Positions 8,467-17,059 of a stretch of 64,000 nt of DNA are shown here, in pieces. The stretch spans positions 19,710-83,709 of the forward strand of contig CAMCVI010000002.1 of NCBI GenBank assembly GCA_945881885.1, in the 5' to 3' direction. The first letter of the stretch is position 1. Each line of letters starts with the position of its first letter. A model generated the notes under the pieces. That model saw nothing but the letters and a program-made list of their open reading frames with translations, had not been told where the DNA came from and ran no database searches. The position numbers were made by a program, and so were the translations under genes. This DNA is from Chryseobacterium gleum. Its GTDB lineage: Bacteria; Bacteroidota; Bacteroidia; Flavobacteriales; Flavobacteriaceae.

Positions 8467-10725
8467 ATGAAAAAGTTAATTTTAATTACATCATTAATTT
8501 TCGCATCTCTTACTGCAATTGCACAAGAAGTAAAAAAAGAACCTCAAGGGCACACAGACATCAATAAATTTAGTCAAATGTATGCCGAAATGGCTACGCC
8601 TAATATGTTCAGAACGGCTTCTGGTGCGCCGGGTCCTGCCTATTATCAACAACGCGCGGATTATAAAATTAATTTAGAATTAGATGATAAAGCATCCAAA
8701 ATGTATGGAAGCGAAACCGTTACTTATTATAATAATGCTCCTGAATCTTTAGACTATTTATGGGTGCAATTGGATCAAAACATAGCGAGAAGAGATTCTC
8801 AAACGCCTTTAATTGATAGCCAAACAATGCCACAAGCTACCTCAGTTGAAAACTTTACTAAAACGTATATGGGTAAAGGTTTTGATGGCGGTTTTAACTT
8901 AGAATATGTAAAAGACGAAAAAGGTAACGCTATGAAATACACCATAAATAATACTATGATGCGTATTGATTTGCCAAAGCCTCTTAAAAAAGGAGAAAAA
9001 GTAGTTTTTTCAATCAAATGGTGGTATAACATTAACGATTACATGAAAGATGGCGGAAACGGTCGTTCTGGTTATGAAGTTTTTCCTGATGGAAATAAAA
9101 TTTATGTAATTGCGCAATTCTATCCAAGAATGTGCGTGTACAATGACGTTGAAGGGTGGCAAAATATGCAATTTTGGGGAAGAAGTGAATTTGCTTTAAC
9201 TTTTGGAAATTACGACGTTAAAATCACCGTTCCAGCAGATCATATTTTAGATGGAACTGGGGTTTTACAAAACAGAAGTGAAGTCTATACTGCAGAACAA
9301 GAAAAAAGATGGCAATTGGCGGAAAATTCTTTTGACAAACCTGTAATAATTGTAACGCAAGCGGAAGCAACTGCTGCAGAGAAAAATTTTGCAACTACCT
9401 CAAAAACTTGGCATTTAAAAGCAGAAAATGTAAGAGATTTTGCATTTTCAAGTTCTCGTAAGTTTATATTAGACGCTATGGCGGTTCAAGTTGGAAACAG
9501 CAAACCTATGGCCATTTCTATGTATCCAAAAGAAGCCAATCCGCTTTGGGAAAACTTATCTACAATAGCAGTAGCGCACACTCTAAAAACCTATTCAAAA
9601 TATACATTCGAATATCCTTATCCAAAAGCCATTTCTGTTTCTGCTGAAGATCAAGGAATGGAATATCCAATGATATGTTGGAATTTCGGTCGTCCTGATG
9701 AAAATGGAAAAATTAGCGACAGAGTAAAATATGGTATGCTAGGCGTAATTATTCACGAAGTAGGACATAATTTTTTCCCAATGATTATAAATTCAGATGA
9801 AAGACAATGGACTTGGATGGATGAAGGGTTAAACACATTTTTAGAATATTTAACCGAACAAGAATTCGATAAAAATTTCCCAGCAGATAGAGGTCCTGCA
9901 AAATCTATTGTGCCTTATATGAAAGGAAACCAACAGTTTTTAGAGCCAATTATGAGTCATGGAGATGTAGTATATAATTTTGGCGCAAATGCTTACGGAA
10001 AACCTGCTACTGGATTAAACATTTTGCGTGAAACCATTATGGGACACGAATTATTTGACCACGCATTTAAAACTTATGCTAACCGATGGAAATTTAAACA
10101 TCCTACGCCAGAAGACTTTTTTAGAACAATGGAAGATGCGTCTGCAGTTGATTTAGATTGGTTTTGGAAAGGTTGGTTCTACGCTACTGATGTAGTAGAT
10201 TTAGGCATCAAAAACGTAAAACAATTTTATGTAACTGAAGATGCTACTAAAGAAAACGCAGCATCTGTGAACAGAAGAGGTAGAAGAATGCCAAACAGCG
10301 GGCCCATGATTTACTTAGTAAATAGCGAAAGTTCAGAATTAAAACCAGAATCAAAAACAGCACTTGAAACAGAAAAAGTAATGGCTTTAAATGACTACTT
10401 AAACAAAAATTATAGCGCGGAAGAAAAAGCAGCATTAAAAAATCCGAAATACTTTTATGAAGTAGAATTTGACAAACCAGGAAGTTTAATGATGCCAATT
10501 ATTGTTGAATTACAATTTGAAGATGGTACTTCAGAAACACATAAATTTCCAGTTCAAATTTGGAGAAGAAACAATATTACAGCGAAACGTGTTTTTGCAA
10601 CTGAAAAAAAAGTAATTAAAATTCAATTGGATCCAAAATTAGAAACAGCTGATATTGATGTTACTAATAATACTTGGCCAAAAGAAGCCGTTGTTGATAA
10701 ATTTGAACAAATAGAAAAAAAATAG
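8467..10725 (+). CDS. M1 family zinc metallopeptidase (secreted)
   Basis: 752 aa; signal peptide; HEVGHNFF followed 18 residues later by E in WMDEGLNTF (HExxH-x18-E). Confidence 0.9.
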   Translation: MKKLILITSLIFASLTAIAQEVKKEPQGHTDINKFSQMYAEMATPNMFRTASGAPGPAYYQQRADYKINLELDDKASKMYGSETVTYYNNAPESLDYLWVQLDQNIARRDSQTPLIDSQTMPQATSVENFTKTYMGKGFDGGFNLEYVKDEKGNAMKYTINNTMMRIDLPKPLKKGEKVVFSIKWWYNINDYMKDGGNGRSGYEVFPDGNKIYVIAQFYPRMCVYNDVEGWQNMQFWGRSEFALTFGNYDVKITVPADHILDGTGVLQNRSEVYTAEQEKRWQLAENSFDKPVIIVTQAEATAAEKNFATTSKTWHLKAENVRDFAFSSSRKFILDAMAVQVGNSKPMAISMYPKEANPLWENLSTIAVAHTLKTYSKYTFEYPYPKAISVSAEDQGMEYPMICWNFGRPDENGKISDRVKYGMLGVIIHEVGHNFFPMIINSDERQWTWMDEGLNTFLEYLTEQEFDKNFPADRGPAKSIVPYMKGNQQFLEPIMSHGDVVYNFGANAYGKPATGLNILRETIMGHELFDHAFKTYANRWKFKHPTPEDFFRTMEDASAVDLDWFWKGWFYATDVVDLGIKNVKQFYVTEDATKENAASVNRRGRRMPNSGPMIYLVNSESSELKPESKTALETEKVMALNDYLNKNYSAEEKAALKNPKYFYEVEFDKPGSLMMPIIVELQFEDGTSETHKFPVQIWRRNNITAKRVFATEKKVIKIQLDPKLETADIDVTNNTWPKEAVVDKFEQIEKK

Positions 10726-10732
10726 TAAAATT

Positions 10733-10760
10733 AAAGCCGTCAATGACGGCTTTAATTTTT
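10733..10760 (+). terminator. Rho-independent terminator after the M1 peptidase gene
   Basis: AAAGCCGTC-AAT-GACGGCTTT hairpin followed by AATTTTT. Confidence 0.75.
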
Positions 10761-10783
10761 AGTATTAATTTCATAACTTTTAT

Positions 10784-10791
10784 TACCTTTG
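10784..10791 (+). promoter_or_regulatory. Candidate -7 box TAnnTTTG for tatA
   Basis: TACCTTTG, 21 nt before the ATG at 10813. Confidence 0.5.
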
Positions 10792-10812
10792 TAATTCATA
10801 AAAAACAAAACT

Positions 10813-11145
10813 ATGTTCGGTATTGGCGGAGGCGAAATATTTTTTATAATTCTTGTAATTCTAATGCTTTTTGGATCAGATAAAATTCCAGAAATTGCAA
10901 GAACTTTGGGGAAAGGTATGGCACAATTAAAAAACGCCACCAACGAAATTAAACATGAAATTCAAAAAGGCACAGAAGAAAATGGCCTTGATTTAAAAAG
11001 TTTAACTGGCGGCATTACTGACGAAATTGCAAGTGCAAAAAAAAGCATGTCAGAATATATAAATCCAGTTGAAATTTCAAATCCAATTACGGAAATTAAG
11101 GAAGAAGTTGAAAATGCAACCGGACCAATAAAACGCCAAATGTAA
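10813..11145 (+). CDS. tatA: Twin-arginine translocase TatA/TatE family subunit
   Basis: 110 aa; MFGIGGGEIFFIILVILMLFGSDKIPEIARTLGKG is the TM plus amphipathic helix signature. Confidence 0.85.
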   Translation: MFGIGGGEIFFIILVILMLFGSDKIPEIARTLGKGMAQLKNATNEIKHEIQKGTEENGLDLKSLTGGITDEIASAKKSMSEYINPVEISNPITEIKEEVENATGPIKRQM

Positions 11146-11720
11146 TGCTTGAATACCTGGTGCATTTAGATAAAAAATTGTTTGTTTTTCTTAATAATTT
11201 AGGATCTACACCTTTTGATAGTTTCTGGCTTTTAATTACCCAACAAACCAATTGGATTGCATTTTTTTTAATTTTACTCTTTATTTTATTTAAAAAATTA
11301 GGAACGAAAAAATTAGGAATAGCTATTCTAACACTAGCCGCCTTAATCACGTTTACTAATGAAATTACTGATGTAATTAAATTTTCAGTACAACGAATTC
11401 GCCCTTGTAATGATGATACATTAGCTGGCTTAATTAGAGTTGTAAAAGATAGCTATACTTTCAGTTATTTTTCTGGACACGCATCAAATTCAACAGCATC
11501 TATGATGTTTGTATACTTAATTCTTAGAAGATATTACAAATATAGCTACTTGATTTTTCTGTATCCTTTAATTTTCGCCTACAGTAGAATTTATTTAGGA
11601 CTACACTTCCCTATAGATATTATTTCTGGGTTTATTTTTGGTGGCTTTACAGGTTTTTTATTTTATTTTTTGTTTGAAAAAATTTCTAATAAATTGATTA
11701 ACCCTACAACACGCGAGTAA
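11145..11720 (+). CDS. PAP2 family phosphatase (membrane)
   Basis: 191 aa; RIRPCN, SGHAS and SRIYLGLHFPID acid-phosphatase motifs; several TM segments. Confidence 0.85.
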   Translation: MLEYLVHLDKKLFVFLNNLGSTPFDSFWLLITQQTNWIAFFLILLFILFKKLGTKKLGIAILTLAALITFTNEITDVIKFSVQRIRPCNDDTLAGLIRVVKDSYTFSYFSGHASNSTASMMFVYLILRRYYKYSYLIFLYPLIFAYSRIYLGLHFPIDIISGFIFGGFTGFLFYFLFEKISNKLINPTTRE

Positions 11721-12345
11721 CAGTCAAGCCATCTCGGATTGGCAATAAAACCGTTTCTACACGAGAATCCTCATTAATAATTTTATTATAATCTAATAGA
11801 ATTTGCGTGCTTTTGTCGTTTGTTTTTACTTCTTCTAAAACCTTACCACTCCACAATACGTTGTCAGATAAAATTATACCACCCTTATTCATCAAAGGCA
11901 CAATTAAATGAAAATAATTAATGTAATTTTCTTTGTCTGCATCAATAAAAACCAAATCAAATTTTTTATTCAAAGTAGGAATAATTTCAATGGCATCGCC
12001 AATATGTTGTACAATTTGATTGGAGTAGTCGGATAAATAAAAATATTTTTTTTGAATTTCTTCTAACTCTTCATTTATATCAATAGTATCTAGCGTACCG
12101 TTTTCTTGTAAACCTTCTGCCAAACATAAAGCAGCATAACCTGTATATGTGCCTATCTCTAAAATAGCTTTCGGATTAATTATTTTAGACAACATACTCA
12201 AAACCCTACCTTGAAAATGGCCGCTTAGCATTCGTGGTTGCAAAATTTTCTGGTGGGTTTCTTTGCTTAATCGCACCAATAATTCTGGTTCTTGTTGAGA
12301 ATGGTTGGCTACGTAATTTTCTAAATCTTCAGATATAAAGTGCAT
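11704..12345 (-). CDS. Class I SAM-dependent O-methyltransferase (family 3)
   Basis: 213 aa; ILEIGTYTGY SAM-binding motif and FIDADKENY motif. Its 3' end overlaps the PAP2 gene by 17 nt (convergent). Confidence 0.85.
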   Translation of the reverse strand: MHFISEDLENYVANHSQQEPELLVRLSKETHQKILQPRMLSGHFQGRVLSMLSKIINPKAILEIGTYTGYAALCLAEGLQENGTLDTIDINEELEEIQKKYFYLSDYSNQIVQHIGDAIEIIPTLNKKFDLVFIDADKENYINYFHLIVPLMNKGGIILSDNVLWSGKVLEEVKTNDKSTQILLDYNKIINEDSRVETVLLPIRDGLTVTRVL

Positions 12346-12367
12346 AATTTTTTAAAATTTCAAAGTA

Positions 12368-12375
12368 CAAAAGTA
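12368..12375 (-). promoter_or_regulatory. Candidate -7 box (TACTTTTG on the minus strand) for the O-methyltransferase gene
   Basis: Plus-strand CAAAAGTA, 22 nt from the ATG at 12345. Confidence 0.45.
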
Positions 12376-12440
12376 CAAATTCCAATTGTTTAAACACAGA
12401 TTAAAGAAATTTCTAAAATTAATAAATCAGCGTTTAATTA

Positions 12441-12454
12441 AATTGGCATATTGA
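12441..12454 (+). promoter_or_regulatory. AATTGGCAnATTGA word, site 1 (rlmN upstream)
   Basis: AATTGGCATATTGA. A partial second copy, AATTGGCAC, is at 12464..12472. Confidence 0.5.
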
Positions 12455-12480
12455 AAATTGATTAATTGGCACTTTAGTAG

Positions 12481-12488
12481 TACTTTTG
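12481..12488 (+). promoter_or_regulatory. Candidate -7 box for rlmN (leaderless geometry)
   Basis: TACTTTTG, only 4 nt (CACC) before the ATG at 12493. Confidence 0.55.
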
Positions 12489-12492
12489 CACC

Positions 12493-13533
12493 ATGCAAGC
12501 AGAAAAAAAAGACATACGTGCCTTATCTAAAGAGCAATTACGAGATTTCTTTGTTACTAATGGCGATAAAGCGTTTCGTGGGAATCAAATTTACGAATGG
12601 TTGTGGAGCAAAAGCGCACATTCATTTGAAAGCATGACCAATGTTTCGAAAGAAACTCGTGTTATGTTAGAAGCCAATTTCGTAATTAATCACGTAAAAG
12701 TGGATACGATGCAACGCAGTGAAGACGGAACAGTCAAAAATGCAGTGCGTTTACACGATGATTTAATTGTTGAAAGCGTACTTATTCCAACCAAAACCAG
12801 AACAACTGCTTGTGTTTCTAGTCAAGTTGGTTGCAGTTTAGATTGTAATTTTTGCGCTACTGCAAGATTAAAACGTATGAGAAACCTAACACCTGGTGAA
12901 ATTTACGACCAAGTGGTTGCGATTGATAATGAAAGCAAACTGTATTACGACAGACCACTTTCGAATATTGTTTTTATGGGAATGGGCGAACCTTTGATGA
13001 ATTACCCCAACGTAATGAAAGCGATTGACATGATTACATCAAACGAAGGTTTAGGGATGTCGCCAAAACGAATTACCGTTTCTACTTCTGGAGTCTCAAA
13101 AATGATTAAAAAAATGGCGGATGATGAAGTGAAATTTAATTTAGCGGTTTCTTTGCATTCAGCTATTGAAGCGACTAGAAACGAGATTATGCCGTTTACC
13201 AAAAACTTCCCATTAACCGAATTACGCGAAGCATTAGAATATTGGTACGCCAAAACTAAAAGCAAAATTACTTATGAATACGTAGTTTGGAAAGATATAA
13301 ATGACAACAAAGTTTCTATTGATGCCTTGGTAAAATTTTGCAAATATGTACCTTGTAAAGTCAACTTAATTGAGTACAACGCAATTGATGATGGCGATTT
13401 TCAACAAGCCAGCGAACAAGCCACAAAAGAATATATTACCGCTTTAGAAAAAAATAATATCATAGTAAAAGTTAGAAAAAGTAGAGGAAAAGATATAGAT
13501 GCAGCTTGCGGTCAACTTGCTAATAAATCATAA
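12493..13533 (+). CDS. rlmN: 23S rRNA/tRNA adenine-C2 methyltransferase, radical SAM
   Basis: 346 aa; CSLDCNFCAT (CxxxCxxC) and C-terminal GKDIDAACGQL. Confidence 0.95.
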   Translation: MQAEKKDIRALSKEQLRDFFVTNGDKAFRGNQIYEWLWSKSAHSFESMTNVSKETRVMLEANFVINHVKVDTMQRSEDGTVKNAVRLHDDLIVESVLIPTKTRTTACVSSQVGCSLDCNFCATARLKRMRNLTPGEIYDQVVAIDNESKLYYDRPLSNIVFMGMGEPLMNYPNVMKAIDMITSNEGLGMSPKRITVSTSGVSKMIKKMADDEVKFNLAVSLHSAIEATRNEIMPFTKNFPLTELREALEYWYAKTKSKITYEYVVWKDINDNKVSIDALVKFCKYVPCKVNLIEYNAIDDGDFQQASEQATKEYITALEKNNIIVKVRKSRGKDIDAACGQLANKS

Positions 13534-13565
13534 AAAAAGAGAAGCAAATGCTTCTCTTTTTTTTA
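13534..13565. terminator. Bidirectional terminator between the convergent rlmN and lipoprotein genes
   Basis: A-run, AGAGAAGC-AAAT-GCTTCTCT hairpin, T-run. Confidence 0.75.
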
Positions 13566-13578
13566 TTAAAATTATAAA

Positions 13579-14466
13579 TTAATTACCAATAGTAATTGTA
13601 TAAGAAACTCCGTTTATTGTAAATACGGCTGTATTGTCACAATCTCCATTTCCATAATCTAAAGTAGCGGTTACGCCATTTTTAACAAAAGTAATTACTC
13701 CTAATACCAATAAAGGTTTATTTACTACTAAACAACTCATTCTCGCTCTTAATGGAGTAGTAATTGTTGCAGTTTGTATGGTTCCGTTTGGATGTGTAGT
13801 AATCCAGTTTCCTGTAATTTTATAAATGTTATCTGCGAAAATTTGAGTTGTGCTAAAGCCTTCTACCAATTCTCTTGTTCTTGTTCCTACACGCGTGTAA
13901 ACATCTCCGTTTGGCATCGTAATGGTCATATCTAATAGCATTACTACGATAGGATGTGGAGCAGATGTTGCCGTAGCAGCTGTTAAAGAACGAGTAAATG
14001 TTTTTGTACCAACAAATTTAATGTTGTTGTGATAAAAATTATCAAAAGTATAGGTTACATTATGAGAAACGGCTGTTGGCTGGTAAACGAAACTAATAAT
14101 AATTTTACCTTTCACGATGTTTCCATTATTTAATTGACATCCTGTAGTTCCAAAATTAATGGTTTTTGTTACTTGAGTTCCTGGAGTGATAACCGTTCCA
14201 AATGCTGGTACTCTTGTAATAGTAGCACAGTTTGAAAACACGGCGTTATCATTGTTTGTACCTCTATAAGAAATAGTACTTCCATCAACATTGTCAAATA
14301 ATTGATCTGTAATATTTGATATGTCGTCACTTGCCATATCAATTTTAGCACTTAGTAATGCGTCTTCCGAAGTTAACGTATCTACAGTAGTTTCATTCTC
14401 TTTCTCACAAGCAGAAAAAGCCACCAATATTAAAACTGGTAATAAAAATTTAGCTATTTTTTTCAT
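13579..14466 (-). CDS. Hypothetical lipoprotein
   Basis: Start taken at the internal ATG giving MKKIAKFLLPVLILVAFSAC (lipobox). The longer ORF-track start at 14601 runs across the divergent promoter region. Confidence 0.7.
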   Translation of the reverse strand: MKKIAKFLLPVLILVAFSACEKENETTVDTLTSEDALLSAKIDMASDDISNITDQLFDNVDGSTISYRGTNNDNAVFSNCATITRVPAFGTVITPGTQVTKTINFGTTGCQLNNGNIVKGKIIISFVYQPTAVSHNVTYTFDNFYHNNIKFVGTKTFTRSLTAATATSAPHPIVVMLLDMTITMPNGDVYTRVGTRTRELVEGFSTTQIFADNIYKITGNWITTHPNGTIQTATITTPLRARMSCLVVNKPLLVLGVITFVKNGVTATLDYGNGDCDNTAVFTINGVSYTITIGN

Positions 14467-14498
14467 CTTTAAAAATTTAGTGTTCAATAATTTAGACT

Positions 14499-14506
14499 CA
14501 AAGTTA
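14499..14506 (-). promoter_or_regulatory. Candidate -7 box (TAACTTTG on the minus strand) for the lipoprotein gene
   Basis: Plus-strand CAAAGTTA, 32 nt from the ATG at 14466. Confidence 0.45.
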
Positions 14507-14556
14507 ACAAAAAGGTTTAAAGTAAAAAAATATTTTTCTAATCCTTTAATGTGTGG

Positions 14557-14564
14557 TATCTTTG
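14557..14564 (+). promoter_or_regulatory. Candidate -7 box for the polyprenyl synthase gene (leaderless geometry)
   Basis: TATCTTTG, 5 nt before the ATG at 14570. Confidence 0.5.
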
Positions 14565-14569
14565 AAGTA

Positions 14570-15550
14570 ATGAAAATTACCGAGCAAATAAAAGAACCCA
14601 TAGCTTTCGAGATGGAACTTTTCGAAAAAAAGTTTCAATTAGCTATGTCTTCAAAAGTGGCCTTATTAAATCGTATTACACATTATATTGTGAACCGAAA
14701 AGGCAAACAAATGCGACCAATGTTTGTGTTCTTAACTGCAAAAATGATTTCTGGCGGCACGGTTAATGATAGAACATATAGAGGTGCATCGGTTATTGAG
14801 CTTATACACACCGCAACTTTAGTACATGATGATGTTGTAGACGACAGTAACAAAAGACGTGGGTTTTTCTCTATAAACGCGCTTTGGAAAAATAAAATTG
14901 GGGTATTAGTTGGTGATTTTTTACTTTCCAAAGGATTATTACTTTCCATAGATAATAACGATTTTGACTTACTAAAAATTATTTCAGTAGCCGTAAAAGA
15001 AATGAGTGAAGGCGAATTACTTCAGATAGAAAAAGCCAGAAAATTAGACATTACGGAAGACATTTATTACGAAATTATTCGGCAAAAAACAGCCACACTA
15101 ATAGCTGCTTGTTGTTCGCTTGGTGCTTGTGCAGTCGCGCCTGAAAAAGCGAAAACTATTCAAAAAATGCGGAAATTTGGCGAATTAATCGGAATGGCAT
15201 TTCAAATAAAAGACGATTTATTTGATTATACAGAAGATGCTATTGGAAAACCAACAGGTATTGATATCAAAGAACAAAAAATGACTTTGCCACTTATTTA
15301 CACGCTAAATAACTGTTCTTCAAAAGAAAAAAGTTGGGTGATTAATTCCATAAAAAATCACAATAAAGATAAAAAAAGAGTAAAAGAAGTAATTGAATTT
15401 GTTAAAAATCAAGGCGGTTTAACTTATGCCGAACATAAAATGGTGCAATTTCAACAAGAAGCACTACTTCTTATTCAAGATTTTCCAGAATCAATATATA
15501 AAGATTCCCTTATTTTGATGGTAAATTACGTTATTGAAAGAAAGATATAA
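14570..15550 (+). CDS. Polyprenyl diphosphate synthase (IspB-like, long-chain)
   Basis: Start at MKITEQIKEP; two DDxxD motifs (LVHDDVVDD and IKDDLFD). The upstream part of the ORF-track ORF is antisense to the lipoprotein gene. Confidence 0.9.
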   Translation: MKITEQIKEPIAFEMELFEKKFQLAMSSKVALLNRITHYIVNRKGKQMRPMFVFLTAKMISGGTVNDRTYRGASVIELIHTATLVHDDVVDDSNKRRGFFSINALWKNKIGVLVGDFLLSKGLLLSIDNNDFDLLKIISVAVKEMSEGELLQIEKARKLDITEDIYYEIIRQKTATLIAACCSLGACAVAPEKAKTIQKMRKFGELIGMAFQIKDDLFDYTEDAIGKPTGIDIKEQKMTLPLIYTLNNCSSKEKSWVINSIKNHNKDKKRVKEVIEFVKNQGGLTYAEHKMVQFQQEALLLIQDFPESIYKDSLILMVNYVIERKI

Positions 15551-15646
15551 TTCTAGTTTGCAGTGTTCAGTTATTAGTAATCAGTGAATTTTATACTTGA
15601 TACAACCATATTAAAACAATAATTGTCTAAACAAATAGAAGCAAAA

Positions 15647-15674
15647 TTGGAATTTGGAATTTTTATTTTGGAAT
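15647..15674. repeat. TTGGAAT word x3
   Basis: Copies at 15647, 15654 and 15668, in the intergenic region downstream of the polyprenyl synthase gene. Confidence 0.8.
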
Positions 15675-15688
15675 TTTAATAAAGATAC

Positions 15689-15712
15689 AACCTTTTTTAA
15701 ATCATTCTCGTC
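15689..15712 (+). promoter_or_regulatory. Candidate ECF-type promoter (AAC-N17-CGTC)
   Basis: ACAACC ... CGTCTA with 17 nt between AAC and CGTC, about 60 nt upstream of the ECF sigma gene. No TAnnTTTG box is present in this region. Confidence 0.3.
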
Positions 15713-15746
15713 TATAGTAATAAGCACATAAATTGGCACACTGTCT

Positions 15747-15760
15747 AATTGGCACATTGA
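15747..15760 (+). promoter_or_regulatory. AATTGGCAnATTGA word, site 2 (ECF sigma leader)
   Basis: AATTGGCACATTGA, preceded 16 nt upstream by AATTGGCACA (15731..15740). Confidence 0.5.
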
Positions 15761-15772
15761 CTAATTAAATCT

Positions 15773-16345
15773 ATGAAAGTAATCGCATTGCATAAAGAAG
15801 AACAGCAACTAATTTGTGAAGCGATTGCTAATAATCGCCAAGCACAACATTTGTTGTACACAAAATATGCACCTAAAATGTTGAGTACTTGCAGACAGTA
15901 TATAAAAGACACGCATCATGCAGAAGATGTAATGCTTACTGGCTTTATGAAAATGTTTACCAATTTGAAAAAATTTGAGCACAAAGGCAGTTTTGAAGGT
16001 TGGATAAAACGCATCATGATTCATGAATGTATCGATTATTTACGAGTAAAGAAAAACAGTTTTAATCACAAAAATATTGAAGACATAGTATATTCAGAAA
16101 CAGAAGAAAATTACGAAATGGAAGGTGATTTTTCTGTAGATGACATTCAATTTTTAATTGACAAATTGCCTGATGGTTATAAAATGGTTTTTAATTTATT
16201 TGTGATTGAAGGTTATAAACACAATGAAATTGCTGAATTATTACACATTTCAGAAGGCACATCAAAATCGCAATTATCACATGCAAAAAAAAAGTTGCAA
16301 TCTCAAATTACAATATTAAAAAATAAAGAAAATGGAACAAGATAA
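15773..16345 (+). CDS. RNA polymerase ECF-type sigma-70 factor
   Basis: 190 aa; region 2 (DVMLTGFMKMF...FEGWIKRIMIHECIDYLR) and region 4 HTH (EIAELLHISEGTSKSQLSHAKKKL). Confidence 0.9.
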   Translation: MKVIALHKEEQQLICEAIANNRQAQHLLYTKYAPKMLSTCRQYIKDTHHAEDVMLTGFMKMFTNLKKFEHKGSFEGWIKRIMIHECIDYLRVKKNSFNHKNIEDIVYSETEENYEMEGDFSVDDIQFLIDKLPDGYKMVFNLFVIEGYKHNEIAELLHISEGTSKSQLSHAKKKLQSQITILKNKENGTR

Positions 16346-17039
16346 TTTTAACAAAAACATACAAGAAAAATTCAATTTTCGAACAATTGAACCATCCGAA
16401 ACGGCTTGGAACAAATTGGACGCCATGTTGACACTTGCTGCAGAAAAAAAACAACCTAAACGCTTTTTTTGGTTAAGCATTGCAGCTTCATTTTTATTAT
16501 TTTCGGCTGTTGGATATGTTTTCTTTCAACAAAATCAGAAAGGAGAAACAACGCCATCAACAGAAGAAATTGTTACATCTAAAATAAATTCCGAAACAGA
16601 AACGCGCAAACAAAATACGGAAGAAAGTAGTGTTTCATTTGAAAATGTATTGGCTAATAACGCAATAAAATTTAACGTTTTAGAAACGAAAAAAAGCACT
16701 ACTATCAAAACGGTACAAAACGAAAATTCTAAATTAGAAGTCTATGAAACGGCGGTATTAAAACAACAAGAAGTTACTACATACGCAATTAAAAATGAAA
16801 GCGCCAAACAAGAAATTAAAGAACAAACTTATAATTACACCACGCCAGAATCGCTTTTGGCAGAAGTGCAAGGACAAAAGATAGTTAATAACACTATTTT
16901 ATTTAAATCTTCGTTAAAAGTAAATGCAAACGAATTATTACAAGCCGTAGAATCAGAATTAGATAAAACATTTAAAGAAAAAACAATCACAAAATTGAAA
17001 CAAGCAAAATCAGTATTTGTAAACAGAAATTATAACTAA
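16332..17039 (+). CDS. Putative anti-sigma factor (single-pass membrane protein)
   Basis: Overlaps the sigma gene by 14 nt. Short cytoplasmic N-terminus, one TM (FFWLSIAASFLLFSAVGYVFF), low-complexity exterior part. Confidence 0.55.
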   Translation: MEQDNFNKNIQEKFNFRTIEPSETAWNKLDAMLTLAAEKKQPKRFFWLSIAASFLLFSAVGYVFFQQNQKGETTPSTEEIVTSKINSETETRKQNTEESSVSFENVLANNAIKFNVLETKKSTTIKTVQNENSKLEVYETAVLKQQEVTTYAIKNESAKQEIKEQTYNYTTPESLLAEVQGQKIVNNTILFKSSLKVNANELLQAVESELDKTFKEKTITKLKQAKSVFVNRNYN

Positions 17040-17059
17040 CTTTTAAAACCCCCTAAATT

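Noticed and set aside
10752-10943. A 63-aa minus-strand ORF overlapping the tatA start and promoter.
   Set aside because: It is antisense to a well-supported tatA and its -7 box, with no motif.
12464-12492. TGGCAC in the AATTGGCAC words (12466, 15733, 15749) as sigma-54 -24 elements.
   Set aside because: The sigma-54 consensus is TGGCAC-N5-TTGC. Here the 5-nt spacers are followed by TAGTA or CTAAT. The only TTGC near 12466 is 14 nt away and belongs to the TACTTTTG -7 box.
14321-14601. Long 5' extensions of the polyprenyl synthase ORF (from 14321) and the lipoprotein ORF (up to 14601), which overlap each other.
   Set aside because: The extensions are antisense to each other and encode non-homologous junk. 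Internal ATGs give a lipobox N-terminus (14466) and a family-typical synthase N-terminus (14570), each with a -7 box.
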